From: Syncephalis fuscata S228
Taxonomy: Eukaryota > Fungi > Zoopagomycota
Length of the DNA: 64,000 nucleotides
Direction: 5' to 3'
NCBI GenBank assembly: GCA_025786725.1
Contig: JAHLTZ010000014.1
Coordinates: 557,139 to 621,138, forward strand
The number at the start of each line of letters is the position of its first letter. Position 1 is the first letter of the stretch. The position numbers were made by a program, and so were the translations under genes. The notes below the pieces were generated by a model. That model did not search any database and was not told the DNA's origin. It saw nothing but the letters and a program-made list of their open reading frames with translations. This document shows positions 1 through 11,642 of this stretch, in pieces.

Positions 1-923
1 GTAATCCATCGCTGGAAACAAACGAGTCGATCAACAGCTGGTTTTAATTGATGCTCTTTACAAATATTAAAAAAAGCTTGTGGGTCTGCGTAAACCTGGT
101 TAAAATAAATCAAATACATTACATTATAGTGTGATTAATACAGATAACTAGTATAATGATGGAATGCACTAAATATACCTCTTTTCTCCATTCAACTAGT
201 TGCTCATCGGAAAATCGACCAGCAATCGATGGTTCAGTAATTAGAATGCCTGATTCTTCAAATGTTTCACGTAAAGCACAAATACGATATGCCAAATCCA
301 TAGCGTCTGTTATCTTTGACGTAGTCATTAATGCTGACCAGTTGTCATGCTGATCGGCCAGTTCCATAGCACCACCTAGACACTGTGTTATTATCAGTTA
401 GTCAACCAGTTGATTGACTATTTACCTGGAAAGGCATGCATATTGCTAAACGCACCACGCGCCGATCTATAGCCATTAGGTCAATATTGACATTAAAATG
501 GTCATTTGCTAAATACTTGCCGTTTTAACATTAAAATACGATAGTTTGTCTCTATGGTTGATGAATGGTAAGTCTTGTTCTGCCAGGGTGCAGCAATCAA
601 TAGTCTAGGTGCATATTTAAATGCGTCATTATAATTCATATTAACATTATTATTGTTGAGTAATTGACAAGGATAGTAATAATGCAGCCTGTACATCAAA
701 CTTACGAGGCCGATGGTCGTGGCAATGGAGCCTTTGTCGTGTCAATTGTACTAGACGACATGTTAGGAATATAGATAATACCGCGTAAAAATGTTAAAAA
801 TGGCTTTGCTGGACGAGTAGCAATAAAGGGAGACAATAGTGAATGTGTTAGCAAGGGACGAGAGATGCAGTTAGTAATAGCAGCGCGACAATGAACAGTC
901 CTGGGTCCGATAGTTGTCCACAT
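1..923 (-). CDS. Nudix hydrolase, NUDT19/acyl-CoA diphosphatase-like (multi-exon; 3' end runs off the window)
   Basis: Spliced exons give PRPSASLLIAAP...YRILMLKR...F.NMHAFPGG...ICALRETFEESGILI (Nudix box)...WRKE...VSSDGL. The N-terminus resembles a mitochondrial presequence. Confidence 0.8.
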
Positions 924-1265
924 GAGAAAACGGCAATATATAGAGAGAGTAAACTAGGATATATAAGAAAGAGCAAGTACGTGTGGGGAATTAACCAATA
1001 TTTCCACGCCTACGGGTCATATTACATCCGACCATTGTAATTAGAAATGTATGCGTGTAACCATTACTAGATTTACTTTGGTCTTGCATCTCCATATTTT
1101 TGAGTCATAATGAAAACCAATGAGACATTTTTCGTTATATGATGATACTTCATTATCGTCAACTGGTTAAATAGAGCTAACTTTATGGATTAATAATTTA
1201 GAACAAGCATACGTTATTAAATATTTGTTGATTTGTCTTCGTTATTAGTTATTTCTCTTACAAAT

Positions 1266-1955
1266 ATGACTGTACGTAAAAATAGCGGAAAGGTATGTTT
1301 TACACTAAATATTAATAATAAATATTATTATTTACACTGTGCATTATTTTAGCCGATGGCGGCTGGTAGCTCTGCAATCTCGTGTTCATCCGATGTGGCT
1401 TCACGTAAAAAAAATTGTTCATCCGACAAGCCAGTGTATGTCAATATTCCTACATCCACTGTAACACGTAAAACTTCACCACAAAATGACAATCTATCTC
1501 ATATGAAAGTGTCGACCAACTACAGTACATCCGATGGATCAAGTGACATTCTAGCCTACAATGACTATCTGCCTTATAAGTTTCATACTATCCAGACGCA
1601 TCAACGTTCTCGCCCAGTCTTATCGCTCGTATTGCGGATCAATATATGATCGACAAGAAAGATCAATGGGAAACATTTCGGTAATATTAGCTTGTTTTAC
1701 TAATTATGCCATTGTATTAACACTGTTCATTACACTTTATATATTTTATATAGAATGCCCATACTTGAAATGTCTGCTCAAGACATTTATTTAGAAGAGC
1801 GCCATACACGCCATGCACTGCGCTTAGATCTGGTGCTATTTGAAAAGGTATGGAATCCGAATAGCTAGCTAGCACGTTGACATGCTAATTCGCCACTAAA
1901 CTTAATAGAATTTATCGATTTCCCTCCATCAGCTTTATCATCTACAATTCACTAA
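1266..1955 (+). CDS. Hypothetical small multi-exon protein (apparent 1-nt frameshift near 1620)
   Basis: ATG at 1266, GT-AG introns at about 1293-1352, 1681-1753 and 1848-1908. Exons read ...IARIADQYMIDKKDQWETFRMPILEMSAQDIYLEERHTRHALRLDLVLFEK... No family recognised. Confidence 0.4.
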
Positions 1956-2454
1956 TTATATGGATGTTCAGAAGATGTGTGATCAATATCTATCTGAACA
2001 GTTAACAAGACTATTTGCGATCGAATGGAAGATTGATTTGCTCAGCCAACCCAGTGTAGGTAGAGCAAATAACGCTTATCATCGATACTGATATAAAATA
2101 CAGGCACCTACACCGCGTGATTCGCTGTTGGATACAGCATTTGGCAACATGGAATATCCAAGCTATTGATCTATAATCTAGTAGAATAAAAAAGGGAATT
2201 GTAATACAAAGGTGTTGCTGGTGTAGTAACAGTAGTAGTAGGCTAATATTTACTTTGATTTCCCCAAAGCAGCAAATCTTTTTACTCAATCAATTGTAAT
2301 GATTTGAATAGTTGAATTATGTTTAAATGCCATCTACAATAAACACTAATGTTAGTACATTACATTACCATTTTCATAAAATAAAATGTAACGGAGCATT
2401 GTATCGCTAGCTGCTATTTTAAACATTTAAATAAATAATGTAACATACTATTTG

Positions 2455-2830
2455 ATTCCATTGAAATGTTTGAGGTTGATCATTGTTGTTGTTGGCCATG
2501 TGTAGAAAGGTTGATCAAATATTAATAAAAGCCATTGATTGCAATTCCATAACGTTCCGCAGCTGTTATTGTTGTTACTATGACAGTGTGGTTTCTTGCA
2601 TCTAAATGGTCTGTTCTATTTTACAATCTTCTAATGTTGCATTTTGGGCAGATTTACGCTGTAAGATACTCGCCTATGGTGACAAAAGGTAGAATGATTA
2701 GCATTTCTGATGTTCACCATTTTCTTGAGCATTTTTGATATCAACTTGGTAGGCGCAGTTTATTTGCCGACCACTGATCAAGCAAATGGCCTCCCCATAT
2801 GCAATAATGATAGGTTGAGTGTCTTCACCA
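2455..2830 (-). pseudogene. Decayed Fanzor/TnpB C-terminus (RuvC-II, Zn finger, RuvC-III region)
   Basis: Across frameshifts and stops it reads PIIIAYG...APTKLISKMLKK...TIGEYLTA*ICPKC...SCGTLWNC..MAFINI...LHMANNNNDQPQTF. This matches the Fanzor pattern DEyxTSxxCxxC...CxxxWNRDxxAxxNI...RP..F. Confidence 0.75.
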
Positions 2831-3199
2831 GGAAGATCTTGTGGCGGCAGTTGTAACCAGAATATACGGCATGCCGTTGATGCTACTTGAACAAATGTTA
2901 ATGTGAAATAAGAGAAATAAAAACCAGAAATTGAATAACGTTTTTTATTGATGCTCAAATACGCATGCTATTTATATTGTTATATTCAACATTATCACAT
3001 AATATATTACTGAATAGAACAACAAGATAGCGATAGGAAAAGATGACGAAATGGATAAATAAAATGCGGGAGTCAAAGTACAATAGAAACATTAAAGCCA
3101 TTTAATACTAAAGTTGTTGCTATAAAACATACTACCAATAAATTACTGAGTGTAGTAGGAAATACAATCAAGCCAATGTTTCTTAAAGACAAGTGTAGC

Positions 3200-3385
3200 C
3201 ATAGAAAGCGTCGTTATTGAAATAATGAAACATAGTCATATTCTAGACGATGAAGCAATAGACCAATGGTTTATATGAATGAATAAATAGTGCGATGTTA
3301 ATGCCAGCAGAAACATGCACAGTATATTCAGTACAATGGCCAGTGGTGAACCAAGGCCTTCTGATTTCTTACCATCTATTAGTAT
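3200..3385 (+). pseudogene. Second, oppositely oriented Fanzor C-terminal fragment inside the 1.4-kb unit
   Basis: Reads CDVNASRNMHSIFSTMASGEPRPSDF, matching the RuvC-III motif (R)DVNAsrNm...RP..F. Mirrored at about 43245-43430(-). Confidence 0.6.
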
Positions 3386-3977
3386 AAGAAATCAAACTGA
3401 CGCTGTTGCATCAACATCATAATTAAATGTAATATTCTATTTAAGTAACATGAAATACTATTTAACATTTATTAACACTAATATTGAGTATTGAAATAGT
3501 GTGGACTGGCTCAACTTCAACTAATTCAATCGGAGCTGATATGACACTGCTTCAACAAACCCCTTCTCAGTAGTAAAAACTGGTTGACGATTTATTATTC
3601 GAGTTATGGATATTTTTGTCCTAGTTTGAAGCTAGGGGCTCAAAGGGAAGTAGCTTTGTAGTAGTAGTAAATTTGCAACGGTTTCATTATTAATTTGGCA
3701 ACCAAGTCAACGGTGTTTTAATGTGATCTGTGTGTGATTGTGATTGTGTGTGTGAGTGACGACACAGTTACGCGTGCCCGTTTATCATTATGGCCATGGC
3801 CATTAGTTGTATTATTAGTTGCACACATGGTTGCCTTGTTTGAGTTCTTGGCAATACACGCACTTCATCACAGCTCATTACTTTACCACTCTTAAGGCAT
3901 TTGACGCCTTCTATTCTTTGTTCAACGTTTTATTACCATAACCACAGTGTTTTTACTGCATAAATATTACTGCAATC

Positions 3978-6412
3978 ATGTCGCTGACTGTTAACTTTTT
4001 CACTCATAGTCATGAGCTTACCGAGGTGTACCAACAAGTGCGCACGGGCGACCCTACAAAGGAATGGGCTATCTTTGGCTACGATAAAGGTACCAATGAT
4101 CTTAAAGTTCTTGAGACGGGCGGTAAGTAGCGATACTTTATATAAAAGTGCTGTTTATTAATAATACAACGACTGCTATTTGTATAGTTGGTTTGGAAGA
4201 GTTGTCGGAAGAATTCAGCGACGGTAAAATTCAATATGCATTTGTACGCGTTATTGAACCCACCAGTGGTCTGCCCAAACTTGTACTTATTGGCTGGGTA
4301 AGATGACGGATGGTCTGTAGCCAGGAATGACGTTTAATAGGCTTGCATGTTATTTAGTGCGGTTCAGGCGTGCCAGTGGAGAAAAAAGGCTTATTTGCCT
4401 CACATTTAACTGATGTAGCTTCATTTCTAAAGGCAAGTTACATAACAATGATTTAACAATGTGCTGTATTTATTAATTATTGCTAATAACAGGGATATCA
4501 TTTACAAATTAATGCACGTACTGAGGTAAGAAGTACAAAATAGGATTGAATTAGTATTGTTTGCTTATCAATCAGCATGAATAGGCCGATGTAGAGCCTA
4601 GCTTTATTATGAAGCGTATTAACGAAAGTACTGGCGCAAAATATACAAGTCTACGTGAATTAGCAACAGAGCGTCCAGCACAATCAAAAATCACGGTAAT
4701 AACAGACGAATCACAAACAAAGAAACTTGGCTGACGGTAGCTATTACAACTAGTCAACAGGTACATACACACCAGTAACAGCATTGGTTAGCGCTGGATC
4801 AGTACGTAGTACGGTAAGTAAAATTAAAGATGTTTGGTGTAATAATGAATATTAATAAGTGATAAATTATTGATATAGCCACCCGCTACACGAAATGTAC
4901 CTCAGACACCACCACGTCCACAGCCGGCTACTGCTACATCCCCAAAGAAAACAATTACAGAGGATCAGGTGTCTGCAGAACATTTTGCACGAGAGGAGGA
5001 GCTAAGGCGCCAAGAAGCACGACGCGAACAAGAACGCCAAGAGTTGGAGAAAAAAGAGCAGGAGCTACGTGAGGCACGGTTTCAACGTAACCGTAGCGAT
5101 GTCGATCGACGCGAGGCTGAGATTCAATCAAGAATTAAACGGCAGGATGAGGAAAGAAAGGAACAGGAGAGACGCGAGACTGAAATGCAATCTCGACGTG
5201 ACCGACAAGCGAAAGAGCAAGCTGAACAGGAAGAACGTGAAAAAGAACTACGTGCACAGCGTGAACAGATCAAACTAAGCTCCGCCAATGAACAGACAAG
5301 CCAACGTGAGGCAGAACTTGCTAAACAACAAAAAGAACGCGAAGACAAAAAGCGCCAAGAACGAGAAGAGCAAACGAGAAAAGAAGCCGAACTACGAGCG
5401 AAAAAGGCACGTGAAGAAGCAGAGAAACGAGAAGAAGCAGAAAGGACACGCTTAGCACAAGAAAGAGCGGTCAAAGAAGAGGCAAGTAAACGAGAAGCTG
5501 AAGAGAAGATACGTAGAGAAGAACAAGAAAAATCAAAAGCATTAGCAGAAGAACAGCGTAAACAAGAAGAAGCAGCAGCAGCAGAAAAAGCACGCCAACA
5601 AAATGAAAAAGAAGCAGTAGAAAAAGCACGCCAACAGAAAGAAAAAGAAGCAGCAGAAAAGGCTAGTGCAATGGCCGATTACAATGCAGCTAGAAATGAA
5701 CTTCATTATGTAAGTTGTCAATATTATTAGTCATCAATTAACTAATAGCAATATTATTAACAGCAAACAGGTGCACCTACAACAAATGGTACATCGGCTA
5801 CAACAAATTCTAGTACCGAACAACGTGCAGTTGCTCTTTATGACTATGAAGCAAGTATGTATTTGTATTAACTATATGATCTACAATTTACTGACTTGTC
5901 CATTTAGTGGAAGCCGATGAAATGCCATTGACAGAGGGAGAAACAGTTATTATTACAGATAGAGTGGATGCCGACTGGTGGATTGGTACAGGTGATGGTG
6001 GTAAATCTGGTCTATTTCCTGGTAAGCTTTTAATAATAATAAAAATAATAGTGTTTAGTGATGTTAATAATGTTAATATCAATAATATCATAATTAGCAT
6101 CATATGTTAAACTGTTAACAGAAGTTGCCGATATTTCACCAACACCCATTCCAGTAGCACCTAGTTTACCACCAAGAGGAAAGACAGCCAAGGCACAGTA
6201 TGACTATGATGGTGTTGAAAATGACGAGCTATCCTTTAAAGAAGGCGATTTAATAATCAACATAACTACTGAATCTGATGATTGGTGGCGTGGTATGGCA
6301 CCAGATGGCAAACAAGGTCTATTTCCTGGTGAGTATTAATCAAACATTTCACAGTTACGTCAATATTAATCATCAATTGGTAGCAACCTATGTCACATTG
6401 AACTCGACATGA
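3978..6412 (+). CDS. ABP1: Actin-binding protein Abp1/drebrin-like (ADF-H domain, charged coiled coil, 2x SH3)
   Basis: N-terminus [11 protein letters not shown]...[15 protein letters not shown]...[21 protein letters not shown]...[11 protein letters not shown] (ADF-H), then an E/R/K coil and two SH3 domains (ALYDYEA...WW.G...GLFP). One GC-AG intron at about 4433. Confidence 0.85.
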
Positions 6413-6551
6413 TACACTTTGTATTATGTGTATGTATGACGCGCATTTTATATATAAAATTTACCTTTTTCCCCCCAACTATTGCTCGTTTATTTCAAAC
6501 CATTGTTTTTTTATTTGTTCTATAACTAATTTGTCTTCACTTATACTCGCC

Positions 6552-8163
6552 ATGCCATTTGGACAAGTACCATTTAAAGACGAGGAACGAGAAGAACTAA
6601 GCCATGAACTTAGTCGTTACTTGAATTCGGACTGTGTGGCATCTCGTAGTAATGGTGGTGGATGTAAATATAGTTGTACGCGTTGTAATTCATCGTCTAA
6701 TGCCTAGTCATCGACTATTTGACAGCCAAGCTATATTACATTGAAGGCTGGAAGGCAATTAATCTAGCAAATGATATCTGGGGCTTTGATGGCTGGTCAT
6801 CGTCTATTGTTGAGGTCACTATTGACTATGTAAGTCTATGAACGAGTACACTGTTGTTGCATTGTAACAACAACTATTCCTGTTTAGATTGATAACGTCA
6901 ATGGACGTATTTCTGTTGGTGTATCAGCCATTGTTCGTGTCACTATCAAGAATGGGACTCATCATGAGGTAGATTAATATGTGGGTTTAATTATAGGCAC
7001 AAATATTAATTATGGCTATGGAATGTAGGATATTGGATTTGGAGTGGCAGAAAATATGAAATCAAAAGGAATGGCATTGGAAAAGGTAAATAAAGTGATA
7101 TTGGCTATAGTCCATTATATTTATAATAATCATATGTGGTGTTGACCAGGCAAAAAAAGAGGCGGTCACTGATGGTTTAAAGCGAGCATTACGTGGATTT
7201 GGTAATGTTCTCGGTAATTGTTTATATGATAAGAACTATATAAAGGCCGTAACACGTATGCCACCACCCAAGGTAAAAAAACTGTTATGTAGATATTTAC
7301 TATGGCGATTGACTTGTAATGATTAGCCAACAGAAATTAACCCAGAATTGGCTTATCAGTTTAAATTTCATGGTGGTCAGCGAGTGGTGTCTCGAACACA
7401 ATCTCATGCTATTCGAGAAGCATCGCGTCCTTATCCATCTACGTCCACGTCTTCAGTGCCCAAAGTAAATGGTGTGAACAATATGACAACTGCAACACGC
7501 CAACCTTCTCGCTCCAATAGCATTAATGAAGTGATGGGTTCAACCTCTGCATCAACTTCAGCTATCCCACCTAGTCGAAAATCACCAGTAACACGTAGAT
7601 CAAGTATGAAAACAAGTACAGCACAATGTAAGATTAATTATTGTAGATTGGTCGGGTAATATACATTATCTAGATAGATAGAAATATATAGAGTATGTCT
7701 AATGATTAGTTATTTATCATTGCAGTGAATGAACCATCAATAGTGTCAAATAACCTTACTACTAAAGCAAATTTGGTTAACACATCGACAAAAAAATTGT
7801 GCAAGGCTGTAGCAAATAACCGAATTAAATCGATGGGTAGCGATGAAATGTTTCCCGGTAAGTTTGTTTTATCTATGTTGTATCAGCTAACGATGCTTAT
7901 TATTATGTATAGAGGATGTTGATTTCTATAACATTGCTGCCGAACAATTTGAATCCAATCGAGACATTAGAATTGAAAGCCCACCGCGTTTTGACCCGAC
8001 CTTAATAGAGTAAGCGAGCAATTAAAATAAGAAATTTAATAGATTCTAATGGTATTACGTACAATTTAGAAGCAATCTAACTGGTCTAGATGGAGCAGTT
8101 TTTGCTAACGAAGAAATTGTAGCAACCTCCGCGGTTACCGATGAGAATATAGGGTATTACTAA
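6552..8163 (+). CDS. RAD52: DNA repair and recombination protein Rad52 (3' end approximate)
   Basis: Spliced exons: [34 protein letters not shown]...[21 protein letters not shown]...[29 protein letters not shown]. Confidence 0.93.
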
Positions 8164-8980
8164 TTGAACAAAGTACCATTGCTAGTATTATAGATAACAT
8201 GGTAAAATGATAGTCATTATTAATATTGCGCTACTAATCATTGTTAAATAGATACTAAATTTATTAAACTGCCACTAATCAGCATGGTTAAATTTTAGCT
8301 ATTTTAAGCAAAACCTTAAATAAGATCATGATGGTGCCTTTATAATTACATTAGTCACCACCTCAGCTAAAACTAAAAATAAGCAGGCTCACAAGCGGCC
8401 GATTTTTAATATTCATTTTTAATACATATAAAATATTAGTTATTATTTTACATTGCACTAAAATACTGTATATTTAATAAATACTTTAAACAAGTGCCCA
8501 ATCATGTTTTGCTAATACAAAATAGTTACTGGTAAAGTTATTAAATATTAAGTCACGTCATCTAAATTAATCAGATAAAAACAGAAAAAGGTTGACTAGT
8601 GGATGATATAGCAATTTTATTTAAAAACGTTTTTACAATTACAATAATTTATGTTTGATTGGTTGCTGTTTGCTAATATTGGGGGAAATCAAACATGAAT
8701 ATACATATAACAATCTAAGCAAATATTTTAAAATAGAATCATATGTTTATTACTACAAGTTTGCATAGCTGAATAGAAAGCTAAATACAGACTTGTCGAT
8801 AACATAATGGCGCCATTGATTGAAAGCGAATAAACCGAAACATTGGACAGAACTTGATATGTAAATGGACTGAACGGCAGTTGCCAAATGATCTTGCTTA
8901 TTGATGAATGTATACCTAAAATATATCAAACTAGCGGCTCAATCATGCTATCAATTTTAATGTTTTGGAAGATCCAATTA

Positions 8981-10848
8981 TTCTATTTTATAAATACATA
9001 AAAAACATGTCGTATAATTAGCATATAAATTAGCAATATATATATATAGCATCACTTACAAACTATTAATGTCAAATTATTAAATACACAGCGTATAGTA
9101 TATAAATAACTTAGGGATAATCAAGACTTAGCAACACTTACATCCTATCAATGCTCAAATTATTAAAATGAATAATGTATAATCAATCGATATACAAAGT
9201 AACTTACCAGCTATCAATGCAGATTAATGGACATATAGTGCGCATAATTTAGTTAGTGCATATTTGATACATGACATTACTTACGAGCTATCAATACAGA
9301 TTATTAAACATGCGGTAAACACTATATCATTAGTAAATAGACACTTGATATAAAATGCTACTTACAACCTTTCAATGCAAATTATCAAAAAACACAGTGC
9401 ACAGTGCATAATTAGTATATAGTTAGTTAATATTCAATGTCACTTACCGGCTACCAATACAAGTTATTAAGACAGAAAGTATACAGGATATAGTTAACAT
9501 ATAGCTAATTAATATAAAATACCACTTACAAGCTATTAATGCCGAATTATTAAACAAATAACGAATGATTTTTTTTAATATATATAGGTAACTAATACAC
9601 AATATTACTTACTAGCTATTGATATTAAGTAATTAAACACACACGCAACACACAGATGCGTTAATGCACAATAATTGGTGTACGAGGCCACTTACGAGCT
9701 GTTAATAGCAAATTATTATACAATGTATAACATATGTTTAATACTTAATTACTTAGTACAAAATATCACTTACTATCTAGTAATACAAGTTATTAAACAC
9801 AGATAGCGCGTAGTATGTAATCAGTGTATAGCCAATTAATCTATTAAATCGCTTACTCTCTGCCAATATAGCATATTAAGCACAAAAATCGCATTGAATA
9901 TGTTTAATTTATAGTTAATTGATATATATGTTACTTACTAGCTATCAATGTAATATTATTAAGCACGTAAAGTACATAGTATTTGTTTAGTGTGAGGCTA
10001 TCTAATCTACTATGTAACTTACAAGCTATTCGCACAAGTTATTGCGTACACACAATGCATAGCGTTTATTTAGCGTATGACTAATTAACATAAAATATTA
10101 CTTACTTCCTATCGATGCAATTTATTAAACAACAGAGCATAACGCGTGATTAATGCATGGTATTTGGTATACAACAAAGCTTACTATCTATTAATAACAA
10201 AGTTAAACACACGCAATATATGACACTCAATTAGTACATAATTAGTAAATATATAATAGCACTTACCGTCTATTACCAAAAAAATATTAATAACACGCAG
10301 TATATGGCATATGTTCAACGGACATCCGATTAATATACACATTACTTACCACCTGTTAATATTGATTTGTTGATAAACACGATATATAGCATGTAATTAG
10401 CTTATAGTTGAGTAATGTGCAATAACACTTACCAACTATTAATATTAAATTCCAAACACAGGTAATGTATAGTATATGTTTAGCGCATATTTAGTTGATA
10501 TACAATACTAATTACCGGCTATAAATACAAGTTATTCAACAAAAACGAGATATTACGCGTGTTTAGCACGTAATTGATCATATAAAATGCCACTTACCAT
10601 CTATTAACATCGAATTAGCAAACATACGTGATATATAAAATATTTAGTAAATAGTCAATCGGCAGACAATACCACCTACCAGCTATAAATATTATTTGGT
10701 AATAAAAACAATATTTAGTTGGATGACTAATTAATTGTTGTAACTATAACATACCACGGCGGGCTAAAATTGGCCTAGCATCCACAACGGCTGTAATAGC
10801 CACCAAGGCCACGACGATGGTGTAGATAACGACAATAGAAAGCTTCAT
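8981..10848 (-). CDS. Secreted prepro-peptide encoded by a 94-nt exon, 21 three-nucleotide micro-exons and a terminal exon (52 aa)
   Basis: Exon 1 is 10848-10755 (MKLSIVVIYTIVVALVAITAVVDARPILARR+G, donor GTATGT). The 3-nt exons, given by lowest coordinate and transcript sequence: 10680 CTG, 10598 ATG, 10516 CCG, 10433 TTG, 10350 GTG, 10267 ACG, 10185 ATA, 10106 GAA, 10023 CTT, 9939 CTA, 9857 AGA, 9774 ATA, 9696 CTC, 9613 CTA, 9530 CTT, 9448 CCG, 9366 GTT, 9285 CTC, 9208 CTG, 9142 GAT, 9060 TTT. Each is AG|NNN|GTA. The final exon starts at 8982 and supplies AA to complete TAA. Spliced C-terminus: ADAVGDDRTSKNTPTSGSPGF*. Confidence 0.85.
8983..10754 (-). repeat. Degenerate tandem array of ~82-nt intron+micro-exon units
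   Basis: The plus-strand motif CTTAC-NNN-CT(A/G) recurs every 66-84 nt (mostly 82-83). Unit interiors share features such as ATTATTAAAC..AC and TTAG. Confidence 0.9.
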
Positions 10849-11642
10849 GGTGATATTGATTTGTTAAAACAAACAAGTAGAATAGACAATAGACTGTAGT
10901 AGTATAAAGTGGCTAGTAGTAAGTATTTGGCAGAGAGTAGAATGTGATGCTGATATTGCTGGTTAGTTGTGTGTATCGTATGGGCTATTTAAGTGCATAA
11001 TTATGCTGAGATACCAATATGTTGTGTTGTATAGATTATACCATTGATGTACAATGTGAACCAATGACGATGCATCTACATGGAGGCATGAAATACGCGT
11101 ATACCAACATATCAATGATGTGATATCATGCTGCCCAGCCTTTATTTCAATCTGCTCGGTATTGGCACAGATAATGGGAAAATAGCAATGGTCCAATACA
11201 CGTGCGGTGGAAATGCACCTATAAAATTTTGTTTTATTGTTACACAATTCAATACTGCGACACAAACTAACTATATTGGTTATACACCGACAGTAATGCC
11301 GCATCGCTTTGTATTTGCTGCTGTTTTTGCTGAAAACGCATTCTAACCAAATTTTAAATTCAATGTAACAAAAACTTTAACTTATTAAACTTTATTTTTT
11401 TTAATAAATAGCTACTGTTATGCATAAACTAGCTATATTCCTTTAAGCCATAAAAATTACTGGTTGGTTCACTCATGCATTCAATTCAGCATGTAATTAT
11501 TATTTAAAATGTCTATTTTTGAATTTACAAAAGGCCTTACATTCATGCATATCGCTGCACTTCCTATAAAGCCGTCTCCATTTCAAGTAACAATTCGTCA
11601 GAGTTAGTCATGCACTATGGAGTGCATGGAATATAGTCTGTA

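Larger units (their letters stand above)
2241..3672. mobile_element. ~1.43-kb Fanzor-derived non-autonomous unit, copy 1
   Basis: Near-identical reverse complement of 42958-44384; ORFs 2698..2958(-) and 43673..43933(+) are almost the same. It contains decayed Fanzor C-terminal coding on both strands. Confidence 0.8.

Noticed and set aside
2698-2958. 86-aa ORFs at 2698..2958(-) and 43673..43933(+) as real genes
   Set aside because: They are chance frames across frameshifted Fanzor remnants; the similarity reflects the DNA duplication.
2231-3669. AGTAGTAGTA on both sides of copy 1 as a target-site duplication
   Set aside because: It is low complexity, and one of the two tracts is also present in copy 2, so it lies inside the duplicated unit.
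9060-10025. Plant CEP/IDA peptide mimicry (TPTSGSPG versus CEP-like PGxSPG)
   Set aside because: Only a few low-complexity residues are shared and the CEP GxGH terminus is absent, so it cannot be supported without data.
9050-10700. CRISPR-like array or satellite
   Set aside because: Eukaryotic context with no cas genes and no constant repeat with unique spacers. The invariant positions are splice signals around 3-nt exons.
10963-11346. ORFs 10963..11304(-) and 11128..11346(+)
   Set aside because: No recognisable protein features. They lie in the upstream region of the micro-exon gene, and the frame is not evidently conserved in the paralog.
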